Assembly (NCBI GenBank): GCA_051453625.1
Contig: JBOZIK010000001.1
Coordinates: 24,443,599-24,492,709, forward strand
Length of the DNA: 49,111 bases
Reading direction: 5' to 3'
From: Welwitschia mirabilis
Lineage: Eukaryota
Position 1 is the stretch's first letter, and every line of letters starts with the position of its first letter. The notes beneath the pieces are model-generated. The model was not told the DNA's origin. It saw only the letters and a program-made list of their open reading frames with translations, and searched no databases. Positions 1 to 13,600 of this stretch are shown here, in pieces. The translations under genes were made by a program, and so were the position numbers.

Positions 1-1057
1 ACTAGGACTTCCTTGTTCAACATTCTCCTCAGAGTGAGAGGCTTCATCTGTAGGCTCTTTTCTCTTGAAAATTCTCTTAGGAGGACTCTCCTAGCGATGT
101 TGTTAGGCATGGGGAAAAGGGGGAGTGGGGCTCTCTCTTCCTAATCTCACTAGCTATCCTCCATACTGCCATGATTAATCCTAAGTATCTTAAAGTATCT
201 TTTCGATGAAGAGCCTAAATGAAGAAGAAGGATAGGTTAACATAATGCCTTAGATCTAGGGCTTTAAGAAATGCAAAGTGTAGGCCTCAAAGATTTAAGA
301 AGCAACTGATTGAATGAAGTATTGATCAATTAATTCGGCACCCAAGCCTCATGGAAGTGAAAGTGCCTTGTAACTAATGTGTCCATTAGGAAGTTTAGGG
401 ACACCACCAGGAAAGAAATGGAATGCCTTCCATTATNNNNNNNNNNNNNNNNNNNNNNNNNNNNNNNNNNNNNNNNNNNNNNNNNNNNNNNNNNNNNNNN
501 NNNNNNNNNNNNNNNNNNNNNNNNNNNNNNNNNNNNTACTCCTGAGCTGTTTCTTCCTAAATTGGGGGTGAATTTGACTTCTCTGTCTGAGGTTCTGGGG
601 GTAGAGTAATCCTTTTCTAAGAACTAGGACTTCCTTATTCAACATTCCCCTCAGAGTGAGAGGATTCATTTGTAGTTTCTTTTCTCTTGGAATTTCTCTT
701 AATAGGACTCTCCTAGGGGTGTTGTTAGGCACAGAGGAAAGGGGGAGTGGGGCTCTCTCTTCCTAATCTCACTAGCTATCCTCCATAGTGCCATGATTAA
801 TCCTGAGTATCTTAAAGTATCTTTTTGATGAAGAGCCTAAATGAAGAAGAAGTGTAGGTTAACATAATGCCTTAGATCTAGGGCTTTAAGAAATGCAAAG
901 TGCAGGACTCAAAGCTTTGAGTAGCAACTAGATTAAATGAATAATTGATCAATTAATTTGACACCCAAGCCTCATGTGAGTGAAAGTGCCTTGTAGCTAA
1001 TGTGTCCACTAAGAAGTTTAGCGACACCAACAGGAAATAAATGGAGTGCCTCCCATT
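1..1057. repeat. Diverged direct duplication of ~434 bp (1-434 vs 623-1057) of the LINE 3' region
   Basis: ACTAGGACTTCCTT.TTCAACATT... recurs at 623 and aligns through to ...TGCCT.CCATT with scattered substitutions; an N gap lies between the copies. Confidence 0.85.
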
Positions 1058-1379
1058 GCCCTCTACATCCAAGAGGAATCCTTTCACAAGCTGCTAGAAT
1101 TTCTAGAAGTCTAGAAAAAGATTCTTCAGTGATTTTGATGGAGATTCTCCTAAAGATGGTATTCTTTCCTTTTCATCCTCTATAGAATAAGGCGATATTG
1201 GCCTCTAGTTCTTCCTTGAGTTTGTGTAGGAGGGTTTCCAACCCCACAGCTTGCATCTTATTCCATAACTTTGAGCGTCCTTCGAACAGGTCAAGATTAT
1301 ATGGTTTAATAATAGAAGGTTTCCCCATAGCTATTCTGATTTGAGAATGATATCGCTTATTTCTCCTAGCGGTATTTAT

Positions 1380-4300
1380 TGGGAATGGAAGGGGGCACTA
1401 TTGAAAATCAAATTGTTTCTTGTACGCCAAATCTACCAATAAGTTAAGTAAATCACATCATTTATGCATGCGTCAGATGCATTACAAGGCTTATAGTACG
1501 TCTTTCTAATTATCATTAACTCGTTACTCCATTTGCATTAATGAAAAAGATGATTAGCATTTTTATAACAAGACTAGTAGATTGGATAGGAAGTTTCAAC
1601 TTAGAAGCCCCTCTTGCACAGTTGGTCTCTTGTGAGGATTTTGTTATGATCCTTTAACTATAAAAACACTTTGATTTTGTATAGAATTTAGCCCATTTAT
1701 AATTTCTTATGAGTGTTATCTTTTTCATTTTATTTTTGAGAATTGGTCTGGTTATATCTTTATGACAAATGTTTAGGACTATTAGATGTCTTCTAGCTTT
1801 GCTAAGATGTTTTCTTAAATAAGATTCTCCCTGATCAATGTTCCAATTTGGGTATTTGTAATTAATTAAATTACTCCATGGTTTTCCTCCCTTAGATAGC
1901 CTTTTCAAGATCCGATGAGCTTCTATAAGAAGATAGTCCTCTAGTCTCTAGATACCCCAACATCCAAACTCCTTTGGTCAAGCTATTGTCTCCCATTTTC
2001 ATAAGTAAATGCGGTTTTGATCTTTACCTCTTGATCAAATAAATTACATTAGAATTCTGTTGATTTTTTAAATGATGTTCTTTGGGGAGCGATAATGAAA
2101 GTTATGTATCTAAAAGAAGAGATTTGGCATAATTTTGCTAGGATAATCTTTGCTTTGGAGGAAAGAAAGTTATTTTACCAAAAGTTGCATCATCTTTGAA
2201 TGGATTCAAGAATGTAGTTCCAAGTGAGGGTCTTATGCCAATTTCATAAGGGATTCCCAAGTAGATGTCCTAAAGATCTCCCAATTTGTTATTCAAAATT
2301 CGGGTGATTTCATCCTCTTTGATACTATTGCTACTTAAGGTGTGAATTCTAGATTTACTCTAGTTGGTGTGGAGACTCATAGCTTTTGCAAAGAGGTTCA
2401 TGGAATTCTTAATAACTCTTTCTTACTAACATGAGGGCTTGATCATGATAATAGTATTCTCTACATAATGGTTATTAATAAATGTTTAACCTCCTATCTT
2501 GATACCTGAAAATTCATTACTTTTTGAAAAGACCCTATAAGATATTCATGACAAATAGGAAAATATATGGAAATAGGGGGTCCCCTTGTCTTAATCCTCA
2601 ACTAACTNNNNNNNNNNNNNNNNNNNNNNNNNNNNNNNNNNNNNNNNNNNNNNNNNNNNNNNNNNNNNNNNNNNNNNNNNNNNNNNNNNNNNNNNNNNNN
2701 NNNNNNNNNNNNNNNNNNNNNNNNNNNNNNNNNNNNNNNNNNNNNNNNNNNNNNNNNNNNNNNNNNNNNNNNNNNNNNNNNNNNNNNNNNNNNNNNNNNN
2801 NNNNNNNNNNNNNNNNNNNNNNNNNNNNNNNNNNNNNNNNNNNNNNNNNNNNNNNNNNNNNNNNNNNNNNNNNNNNNNNNNNNNNNNNNNNNNNNNNNNN
2901 NNNNNNNNNNNNNNNNNNNNNNNNNNNNNNNNNNNNNNNNNNNNNNNNNNNNNNNNNNNNNNNNNNNNNNNNNNNNNNNNNNNNNNNNNNNNNNNNNNNN
3001 NNNNNNNNNNNNNNNNNNNNNNNNNNNNNNNNNNNNNNNNNNNNNNNNNNNNNNNNNNNNNNNNNNNNNNNNNNNNNNNNNNNNNNNNNNNNNNNNNNNN
3101 NNNNNNNNNNNNNNNNNNNNNNNNNNNNNNNNNNNNNNNNNNNNNNNNNNNNNNNNNNNNNNNNNNNNNNNNNNNNNNNNNNNNNAAATAGGGGGTCCCC
3201 TTGTCTTAATCCTCAACTAACTGAGAAAAATTTAGATTAGTGATTATTAACCTCTACACTAAATTCAGTTGAAGGCTACGTATCTAGCCAGGGATTGATG
3301 ATGTTTTAGTAAAAACTAGTATTCCTAAGAATACAACCTAAAGCTTACTACCTAACAGATAAGTTTTTGCTATGTCTAATTTAGTAATAAGAAGAGGAAA
3401 TTTATTCCTTTTAAAAGAAGGTATAATTTTATAAGTCAAGAGGATTTGGTCATAGATATAGCTAGATTGAATAAAGCTAGCTTGATTCTCAGATATCACC
3501 TTGGGTAGTAGGGGGGTGATACGACCAACCATGATTTTCACAAAGATTCCATAAAGAATGTTTCAAATACCTAAAGGTATGAAGTTTTCCAATTTATTGG
3601 CATCTCATTTTTTGGGAATAAGAATAATCCTAGTTTTATTCATTTCCTTGGGAATGTGTTTGTTGTGAAGAATATCTTACATGACATCATAAAGGTTGTC
3701 CCCCAATATAAAGAAGTGAGATTTAAAGAGTTCAACTAGTTACTCGCCTAGTCCTGGAGCTCTATTATTCTTCATTAATCTCATAGTTAACAGACTTCAT
3801 CTTTGCTCAAGGGTTTAGTAAGTTGAGTATTATCCTCTTTGGAGATTCTCTTATTTTCTAGAATAAGGCCAGGGGCGATATCATTTCATTCCCAAACTTT
3901 ATTAAGGTAAGCCTACATTTCATTAGCTATTTCCTATTCATTTTGAATTATGTGGTCTCTGATGATAAGCCTCCTAATCCTATTGGCTACTCTATGCTAA
4001 TTGGCTTACTGGAAGAAGAACCTAGTGTATTTGTCCCCTTCCTTAAGCCATTTAATCCGTGATCATTCTCTCTAGTAGTTTTTCTCATTAGCATTTATCT
4101 CTTGGAGTTCTATGAGGCATTTATATTTTCTGTTATGGAGGCTATCACAGTCTCCTTTCTTTTCTTACTTAACTTGAATTCCCTAGATTTTTTCTTCAAG
4201 GTCCTTTTTAGATTAAAACCTTTCTTTGTCTTTCCTCCTCTAGTTATTTACATCAGCTTTTATGGTGTTAAGGCCTTTGTAGAGGAAGGTTAATGGATGA

Positions 4301-5070
4301 GTACCATTGTACTAGCTCTAAATTTTTTCAATTATAGTTCTGGGTTTTGTCCTAGTAATCCAGTAACATTTCATTCGAAATGGAATCCTTCGAGGCACTA
4401 TCGACCTAATTTTGTACCTGATAGAATGGTGATCTGAAGATATTCTATTTAGACCACATGATTTAATTAGGAGCTTTACTAAATCCTTTTCAATGAGAAT
4501 TCTATCAATTTTGGATATTATTAGATTGTTTTCTATCCTTATATTAAACTAGGTGTATTTACACCTAGTAATAGGAACATCTACAAGGGCATTCCGTGTC
4601 ATGAAATCTTTAAGAATTAAATCCCCTCTAGAATTTTAGTTTTTACCTCTTGATTTTTCCTAATGGTGAAGACATTGATTAAAATCCGCCACTATGACCC
4701 ACTTGGATTTATCTATTACAATCTACTATAATTCCCCTAGTTTAAAAGCTTTATCTTGATTATTTTGAAGACTATATATGTTTGTTATAGTCTAGCCTTC
4801 TTCCTTAAGAAATATATTTAGGTGGTTCTTAAAACTTTTAACTAAATCTAAATCCTTTTTTGTAAGAATCATGAAACCTCTTGAGTTTCCTGGGGTTGCA
4901 AAGGTAAAAGTGTTTCACTGTTGCCCTATATTCTCTATTTTCATTCCACTTCTAATTTTTATTTCCTATAAATAAACTAATTCATTATTAAATTGACTAA
5001 TGAGATTTCTTAAGATCTTTTTCTTCTAGAAGGACTTTAATCCCCTACAACTCCATAAGAGATAATTCAT
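1380..5070 (-). pseudogene. LINE ORF2 (AP endonuclease-reverse transcriptase), disrupted
   Basis: EN start motif at 5070, RT motifs at 3338-3541 and ~2555-2600; the YADD box has decayed to HYVEN (~2460). Confidence 0.88.
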
Positions 5071-5479
5071 TAAATTTATTTTTATCCCTTTCTAGAAGCT
5101 TGATCTTTTTTTAGAGTATCTTTAATGGTAGCTTAGGAGCTATTAGCCACATTCTCTGTAGTTTCCCTTTCTCGGAGGATTCTATTGCTAGGTTTTCCTC
5201 TCATCTAAACTTCTACATCACTTGAGTTTTCTGAGTTTGGTGGATTTTGGGATTGCTAACTATCCTCTTCTTCCATAAGATGTTGTAAGGGGTTGTATTT
5301 CCTCTCCTTTTTCCTCTTCTCCTTACTTTTCTTCATTTCTTTGGGGAAAACCATAGTATTTTTCACCATTTTTACCTTCCTTTTTTTATGTATATAGATG
5401 CTCTAATTGTGTCTGGTTTTTTTCACAAAAGAACAGATTTCTTTTTGTTTTTCTTTAATGTTAATTAATCATTTTTTAC

Positions 5480-6375
5480 ATTCTTTCCTTACATGGCCCA
5501 TTCTCCCATAATGGAATCATCTCTTTTTTGTAGAAATGCATCTTCCTGAGATGTATCCTAATTTTCCACAAATATTACATAGAACTAGGAGGTTCTCATA
5601 GGTAATTTTAAGGTCACATATGCCATATTTAAATCTAAACTTTATAGATTATATCTTCTTTATTTCTTCTAAGCTCATCCAAATGCAAAATCTAGCAAGA
5701 ACCAGCCTCGTCTATTTAATGGTAATTCTATCAAGCTTAATCTATTTATCAAAGTAGAATGCAATTTTTCTTAGAAGGCCTTCATCCCAAAACTCTAGGG
5801 AAACTTGTGGATGTTGATTAATATTGGTAATTTCTTGAATATGTTTAGGTCCAATTGCATTCCCAATGTCCATTTGGTTAGAACAAGTCACCTCACCCTA
5901 AAGAATCAGGTCCTCTTAGAATGATCTTGTCTCGATCTCATTCATTATCTAACTAAAAAAAAAAATAATCCTTTTGACATAGTAATAGCTTCAACTTTAC
6001 TAATTTCATCTATTTTATTGCTACCCATTCTTTGATAAGATCAAGCTTGGGTTTTAAACCAGATGAAATGAACTTACCAATTAGACTATATTAGAGTTTC
6101 TTCTTTATCTCCAAGTAAGCACCTTCATCAATATCTAAAACTTTTTCTTTTCTAGAAAACTGAGTCTTCTCCATTTTAGGGAAAAAGTCCTTCTTTAAAT
6201 CCTAAATCAAATCAATGTAAAAGTATCAATGAAATTCTGCAACTTACCCTAAGAGAGTTTATCTGGTGGTGGAAATCGACCCCTGTGTGCCATAGTTTCC
6301 TGGAACCAAAACTACTTTGTTGATCTAAAGTATTCTAAGCTCTAGCTCCATCTTACACTCTAGATCCATCCTCAT
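5480..6375 (-). pseudogene. LINE ORF1 (DUF4283/zinc-knuckle type), disrupted
   Basis: YENL..C..CG.LG knuckle at ~5540-5600, upstream of ORF2 on the same strand; boundaries approximate. Confidence 0.7.
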
Positions 6376-9300
6376 CTCTTCAACTTCCAAAACATTTATC
6401 TTTTATTCATCAGAGTTAAAAAAATTTGTCTCATAATTATGATAGTCTTGAAATTTATCCATAAAAAAAGATTTATTCTTTCAATGCATATTACACATTG
6501 TTTAATCTATGTTTTAAATTGATTAAATAATCTATAAAGGACTAATAAGAAACTAGCATAAGGAAATGATGTATGTGATTAACCTTGCTAATTAAAGCAA
6601 GAGAATTACTCACCCTTCATAGGTGCATGAGTCATAAATATGATGTATTCTTGACATCCACACATTAGTGGCACTTATCACTCAAGTTGATCCAACTTGT
6701 CAATGCTTAATTTTATCCAATTACATTTGATTAATCTTGTCTAATTTATTATGATCATATTATCTTATGGGTAAAATGATGTATATGATCTTTAACCAAT
6801 TTGATTAAGAACCATTGGCCTATCACTTAGGTATAAAGAAATTCATTTCCTCTTCTATAAACTAATTTTTCATTTTTCATGGAAGTGCATGCTATCAATT
6901 TTTCTTCTCATTCTCTTATCTTCTTTTTTTCTAATCTTGGGGCTTGGAGATTAAAGCTAAGAATTTTGAAGCTTAGGACTCCACTAAATCCGTATTACTA
7001 TACATCAAGTAGTAGTTACCAATCACTTATCTTTTCAAGTATGCTTCCTCTACTTAATGGCATAATGGTGTGATACTTTAGGCTATTGAATCAAATTATT
7101 ATAACATTTATTTTATTGAAATTATTCCTTCCATTAGGCTCAAACTAAAATGAGAGAAAGATTTGAAAAATCTCTTTGATTAATGAGAATATCAATTGAA
7201 ATTTTTACTAAATGACCAAGAAATTCACTTTAATATTTGAGTACCCATGTTCCTTTTGCATTATGTAATATTTAATGCATTATATAGTCTTATTTTACAT
7301 CGAATCTACATTATAATCCTCTTATTAGGGTGAATTATCTACTTCTTAAATTTGATTTATGCTAGGTAGTCTTTAATTTCAATGCTAAGGCTCATTGAAT
7401 TTGTTTGATTTAAACTAATTTTGTACATTGATTTTTTTTAGTTCACAATTATTTGTATTAGTTAACATTTATTTTACATATTATATAAACTAATTAAATT
7501 AAGTATATATATTAATTTTATCAACTATAGTTTTTGTAAATTTATTTATGGATTTTAAGGTTCTTCTTATAGGTCAACTTAAAAATTTTCAAAATGTAGG
7601 CATAACTTGAGAATATTATAATTTATTAAATATTAAATAAAATTTAATGATATTTTTTCATAAGTCTAGAATTCCATAGGATTCTAAATATTCAAAAATG
7701 GTAAATTATCTAATATTTAATAAATTTTTAAAAATTATTTTAGGAAAATAACTCAAAAAATAAAAATCAAAAACAACAAGCATTTAGTTTCAATTCAAAA
7801 TTAATAATTAATATGCTATATAAATAAGTAGTTCATATTGTAGAGAATTAAACAGTTTTTTTCAAAAAGTCCTCAATCATTTAAAAGATTCAAAGTAGTT
7901 TAAAAGTTATGGCCTTTTTAGTATAGTGTGGTATTATAACAAGTTTAAAAATTTAGATAATTTTAAATTTAAAGCATGATCTTAGAAAAGTTACCTTTTG
8001 CAAATCATATTATGAGTCTAGTCCAAGAAAAGGCAACGTAATTTATGTTTACCTTTATAAATAATTAATTATTAATTTTTAGTTGCAATGTCTTTTAAAA
8101 AGCCAAAAAGACTATAATCAATGTCAAAAGTTATAATAAATTTATTTAATAAAATTATGCTAACAATTTAAGATAGATAACAATTAAGATAATTTCATTT
8201 TATACAATTTATTTAAATATCCTTTAATGAATTACAATTTATGCCTTTCTTATTAAGGCCTTTATTCTTGAATAATAATTGAAAATCTTATTCCGCATGA
8301 GTTAAGTTTGACTATTTAATGACTCAAGGAATATGTACTTTAATGTTATTTTACTTTTTGATATTATTAATTCTTTTCATATCCATATAAAGTTCACCTC
8401 TTTTTTACTTGCTTTTATTTTAACATGTAGAAATTTGTGACAGTTTTCACTTTAGCAATTCAATTAACTCAATTATTCTTTTGATTTTTATCCCTTTTAT
8501 TTATTTTACACCTACATAAATTTCAATTAAGCATCATTTCTAGGATTCCTATTTAGCACTAGATTTACTCACATTTCTCCTCATTCCTCATATTATCATG
8601 GTAAAATTTACTAAATGAATTTAAAGAAAGGGGGTTTGAAGATGGCATACTTTCACTTATATATTCCAAAAGAACTTTAAAATAGTATTGTAATTTATTG
8701 GAAAGATACTAGTATTAATGTGAAATAAAACAAAACTATTTTCACTAGCTTCATTAACATTACTATATTTTTCAAATTTAATTATCTTCTAGTATGCCAA
8801 ATGAAGTTATGGATGCTTTTCTTCTTTCATGTATGATTGTTTCAATAATAAATCAAATGAAGTTAGAATTATTTTTCTTAGGTAATGATCAATTAAATAC
8901 CCATATAAGATAGGATTGTGTGCATGTATTTATGTGATGTATTCATCAAATGATGAATAAATCAAGATAGTCCCAATAATTATCATCCTTATATTTAGAT
9001 CTCCTCACTAAGATGGGTTGTATTGCACTTGTATATAAAACACTTTTGAAAGTTGATTTAATCACACTCTTTATTCCCACCCATGTATAAACTTACTTTG
9101 ATTTAGTATTTCAAGCCTATGGTGTCAAAGGATTATGTTGCATCATCTTGATATGATTTAAGAACAAAGAGGTCATTTATAAACATGCATCCATTTCATG
9201 AATCCCTTGTCACCCTTTTGGTGATATATCAAGGTAACATTTAGGCCTATGAAGTGAAGCCCAGTGATGCTTATTATAGTTTAAAAATTAAAGTTAAACC

Positions 9301-10656
9301 AACTCACATTTGGATGGTGGTTGGAGATCGAGTTAAAATGCTATTAATAGGAGTTACAACCTCTTATTATATTGATCAAGAATCCTCTTAAACCTATATC
9401 CATGTATGTATTATAACAGGTTTACATCTCATCAACCATATACAAGATGTTTAAAATGCAAAAGGAAAAAGGAAAAAATATATGACACAAAAATATGACA
9501 TCACTATCATTGACAAACCAAAATAATATATATTTAATTTCATAATAAATAATTATATTATCTACTTTGCCTAAAACTATATAGTTGTACTAATAAAGTA
9601 TTAGTTGTTACGACCATTTTTCACAGCATTATATTTATGATTTTTCTTTGATTTTTGGACTTGGTTCAATACGATGGGTGTTATTCTGTTATGTTTAAAA
9701 TGCAAAAGGAGCTTAAAGACAAAAAATTTCATGATAAAATACTTTATTAAAATCATGTTATAATTAAAACATATTAAGTATAATTTGTATTGTGAATAAC
9801 TTTACAAATAAAGTAATGAAGTAAAAAGATGATTAAAATTTATTAGATGCTCATATGGGAAAATACCTGTATTTAAATAACTAGCCCAAATGTGATATCA
9901 TAAATGTCTTGAGAATTTATTCAAACAATAGTGATGTAAATTTTGATTAGCATTCCAAATTTAAATATAAATTTTTTTCGTCTCTAAGCTATGTGATAAT
10001 GTTTAAAAACTATTTTGTGGACAAGGTTTTTATTAAATTAAAAGAGAATTGCTATAACTTATTAGTCACTTTAATACCATCCATAATGAAAATGAAAGCT
10101 ATATTGCCTAAAAGATGGAAAACCGTATATGTAATTTACTTAAGGAAGGAAAAGAAAAGATAATAAAATAATGGGTAAGGGAAGGGTAGAGAATTTAGAT
10201 CAATGAAGGAGCGATTGTCAAATTCTACTTGGGATAAAATGCTTTGTGACTACATCTTTCAATCAAGGACAAAATCATTTCTAGATGAGCCTTTGAAATA
10301 AGTACATAATGGAATTTATTATTAATCAAAAGTGAAGAGCTATGGATAACGCATAAAAGATTTTACTAGTCATAATGTGTAGAAATAAGGAACTATAGAT
10401 ATGTATTTTTGTTAGGATGTGATGTCAACATTCCAACTTCTCCTCCCTTGATCTTCTCAACTTTCCTTTATTTTCTCTAATCTTTCATGATTTTCTCTAC
10501 CTACTATTTTATCTCTTCATGAAATTGTATTTATTCAGGCTTAACCTCAAAAATCAATAGAACATGTTCATTCAATTTTATTTCTGAATTCGCGAGTTCA
10601 TTCTTTCAATTGGTATCGGAGCCTAGGTTACATTATTAAAGCTTCAATCAATAGAG

Positions 10657-13600
10657 ATGGCAACTAATGGCAATTCAAATGCCTCCATCTCCTTAGCTTC
10701 TCCTTTTTTTAAAGGAGAAAATTATGATTATTGATCAATCAAGATAAAGACATTCTTAAAGGCCTAAAATATTTGGGATCTGATTGGTGTAGTCCCTACA
10801 GGAATCACTGATGCTACAACTCTTGCAGCATTGGAAAGAAGAAATGCAAAAGATTTATACATTCTTCACACAAGCGTTAGTGATACAATATTTCTAAATA
10901 TTGCTAATCACACTGAGGTAAAAGAAGCTTAGAAAGCACTCTAGGTCAAGTTTAAAGAATCAGATCAAGCAAAGAAAGTAATATTGCAAACTCTCACTAG
11001 AGAATATGAGACTCTGATTATGAAATAGTCTAAATCTCTTAAGCACTATGTTAATCGTCTTTAAGAGATTGTAAATGCACTATGAGCAAGTGGTGAAGAT
11101 GTCAAATAATCAAAGATTATCAATAAGATCGTTCACACAGTTGCAACGTGTTATGATCTGATCGTTTATGCGATAGAAGAAAGTAAAGATGTCGATACTT
11201 TGACTATGGTTGAGCTTATTGGAATCTTTAAGACATTTGAACAAAGAAATCTGTTGCATGAAGAATACACAATAAATGCATTTCAGATTCATAAGAATAC
11301 TCTAAGATCTCCATGCTAAAAATGGCATCAATATTAATCCATGAACCAATCAAGTGGTTATGGATTTCATAGTCGCAAAGACAATAGACATCCTGATCAA
11401 AGTTTTCATCGACAAAAATGAGATCAGGAGTTTCAAGAACCTAGATCTAATACTTTTATATCTAGAAGGTGGTGTAATTATTTCATGAAAGACAATCATT
11501 CTGAATCAAATTGCTAAAAGAAGAAAAAGTTTCAAAATAAAGATGCGGTACATTAGGTAGAAGAAGAAAGTTCAGCCTATGAAGAACTTTTTTTTTAGAA
11601 GAAACCAAAAATCATAGTTCTTTTCTAACAACCAATGATCAAGAATATTCAGATTTAAGGGTTGATTAGTATGTCGATAGTGGATGTAATCATTACATAA
11701 CTAGTGATGAATCCCTACTTTCAGACCTACATAAACATGATGGAGATGTTACAATTGGAACAGGTACTCGAGTAATGATTACAAGGATTAGATTTGTGAA
11801 TATTACGACTCAACTAGGTAATTCATTTATGATGCATAACATTTATCTAGTACTTGATCTGAAAAAGAATCTTTTAAGTGTAGGTCAGCTTTGCTCTAAA
11901 GGTTATATAGTAATTTTTTAAAATGGTTTTTATAAGATTATTGAAAATCAAGGTAATGTAATTACCTTGATTTCAATGAGCCAGAATAGGATGTATAAAT
12001 TACAGATCCAAAAAGAAGTTAATTGTCTTCTAGCTAATAAATCAGATCCTTGGCTATGGCATCTTAGATGAGGAAATGTCAATTTTAAATCAATAGATAC
12101 AATGCAAAAAAGACAACTTGTTCGAGGTATGTCTCAATTCTCTCTTCCTAATGCAATAGATTGTCAGATTTGTTCTATTGAAAAAGTAAAAAGACTACCA
12201 TTTTCTAAGTATGGAGCAAGATGTACACACTATTTAAATCTAGTACATATGGATTTATTTGGCCCAATGCAAACATTAAGCTTTGGAAAGGCACGATACA
12301 TGTTTGTTATTGTAGATGATTATTCTAGAATGTGCTGGGATTTTTTCCCTACAAACAAAAGATCAAGCATTAGATTTCTCTAGGACATACAAAAATATGA
12401 CAGAAACACAAAAAGGATATAAATTAAGAAAGATTCAAACTGATTGAGGAAAAGAATTTATCTCACATAATTTTGAATCATATTGCAAAAGTCAAGGAAT
12501 AATTCATCAGACAATAGTAGGCTATACACCTCAACAGAATGGTATAGCTGAGACAAAAAATCAAACAATTATAAATATGGCATGTTGTTTATTATAGTAA
12601 TCTAGATTAGATAATTTTTTTTTGGAGTGAAGCCTGTTCTACACCAATTTATATTTTAAATCGGGTACCTTCGAAAAGCTTGAATGATACTACTCATTTT
12701 GAACTATGATATGGTTACAAACCAAATATCTCTTGTATAAGAATTTTTGGTTTAATTTGTTATGTCAAGATTCCAAAACATTTACAACAAAAACTGGATG
12801 ACAAAGGGAGGACATGCATTTTTCTAGGCTATGAAGAAAATTCTAAAGCCTATTGATGCCTTGACTCAAACAACAATAAAGTTTTAGTCTCAAGGGATGT
12901 CAAAGTTGTCAAGACTTCATTGCCATCCAATTACCCCTTATATAATACTCAAACATCCTCTCCTTTATCTCCTCTGCACATTAACCATATGACCAACCAA
13001 ATTCATTTTAATAACCCTAATACAATATCCTACCCTAACCACCCTTATTCCCAAGCCTTTCCTTTAGAATCAAATCCCATCTTTCATGCCTATCATCCCT
13101 TAAATGTTCCTTCTTTTCTCTCTTCAATGGTTACCCTTTCCATGGAACCACCCATACAAACTTCCTCCTCCATGCCAAAAGCCACTAGAGGATGCCTTGG
13201 CGTCTATCACTCAGCCTCCCTCATGCTCGACACAGACTATTTTCAATGGCATACTCACCATGAGACTCAATCAAAACCAATCCAGATGCTTTATTCTTCT
13301 CTGGCTCGTTTCAACAAGAACCGCTTTACGTCAATCACGCATCGCATTCCTGGCACCATAGCCACAACAATTCTAACAGTCGTTCTTGCGCACTCAACTA
13401 CACCTCTGTCGAGAGGGCACCTTTCTTAAGTCTTAATATTGCTGCCGACGCAGCCCAACCAGCACCTTTTGCAATCGCTTCCCTCGTAGTTGCAACTGCT
13501 GCCAAATCAACACTGCCTGTGAATTTTCCCGTCGCTGCTGAAGATGATCCGAACGCCATGCCTGTTCCATTCTCAGCCACTACCATGCACGCCTCGCCTG

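Larger units (their letters stand above)
1..6400 (-). mobile_element. Degenerate L1-clade LINE (non-LTR retrotransposon); both ends approximate
   Basis: Minus-strand motifs in L1 order: ORF1 zinc knuckle YENLLVLCNICGKLGYISGRC (~5540-5600), ORF2 start MNYLLWSCRGLKS (5070 leftwards), RT LLPKVISENQASFI...ITKLDIAKTY (3338-3541), GLRQGDPLFPYIF (~2555-2600), C-terminal IWRTRNNLIF (~1405-1435). Many stops and frameshifts. Confidence 0.92.

Noticed and set aside
2571-3222. Exact 37-bp direct repeat (2571-2607 and 3186-3222) flanking an N run
   Set aside because: Identical sequence on both sides of a gap in mid-RT is most simply an unmerged contig overlap, not a TSD.
6400-9600. Short ORFs and possible TE remnants in an extremely AT-rich stretch
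   Set aside because: No recognisable motifs or termini; probably ancient decayed repeats, but I cannot support a call.
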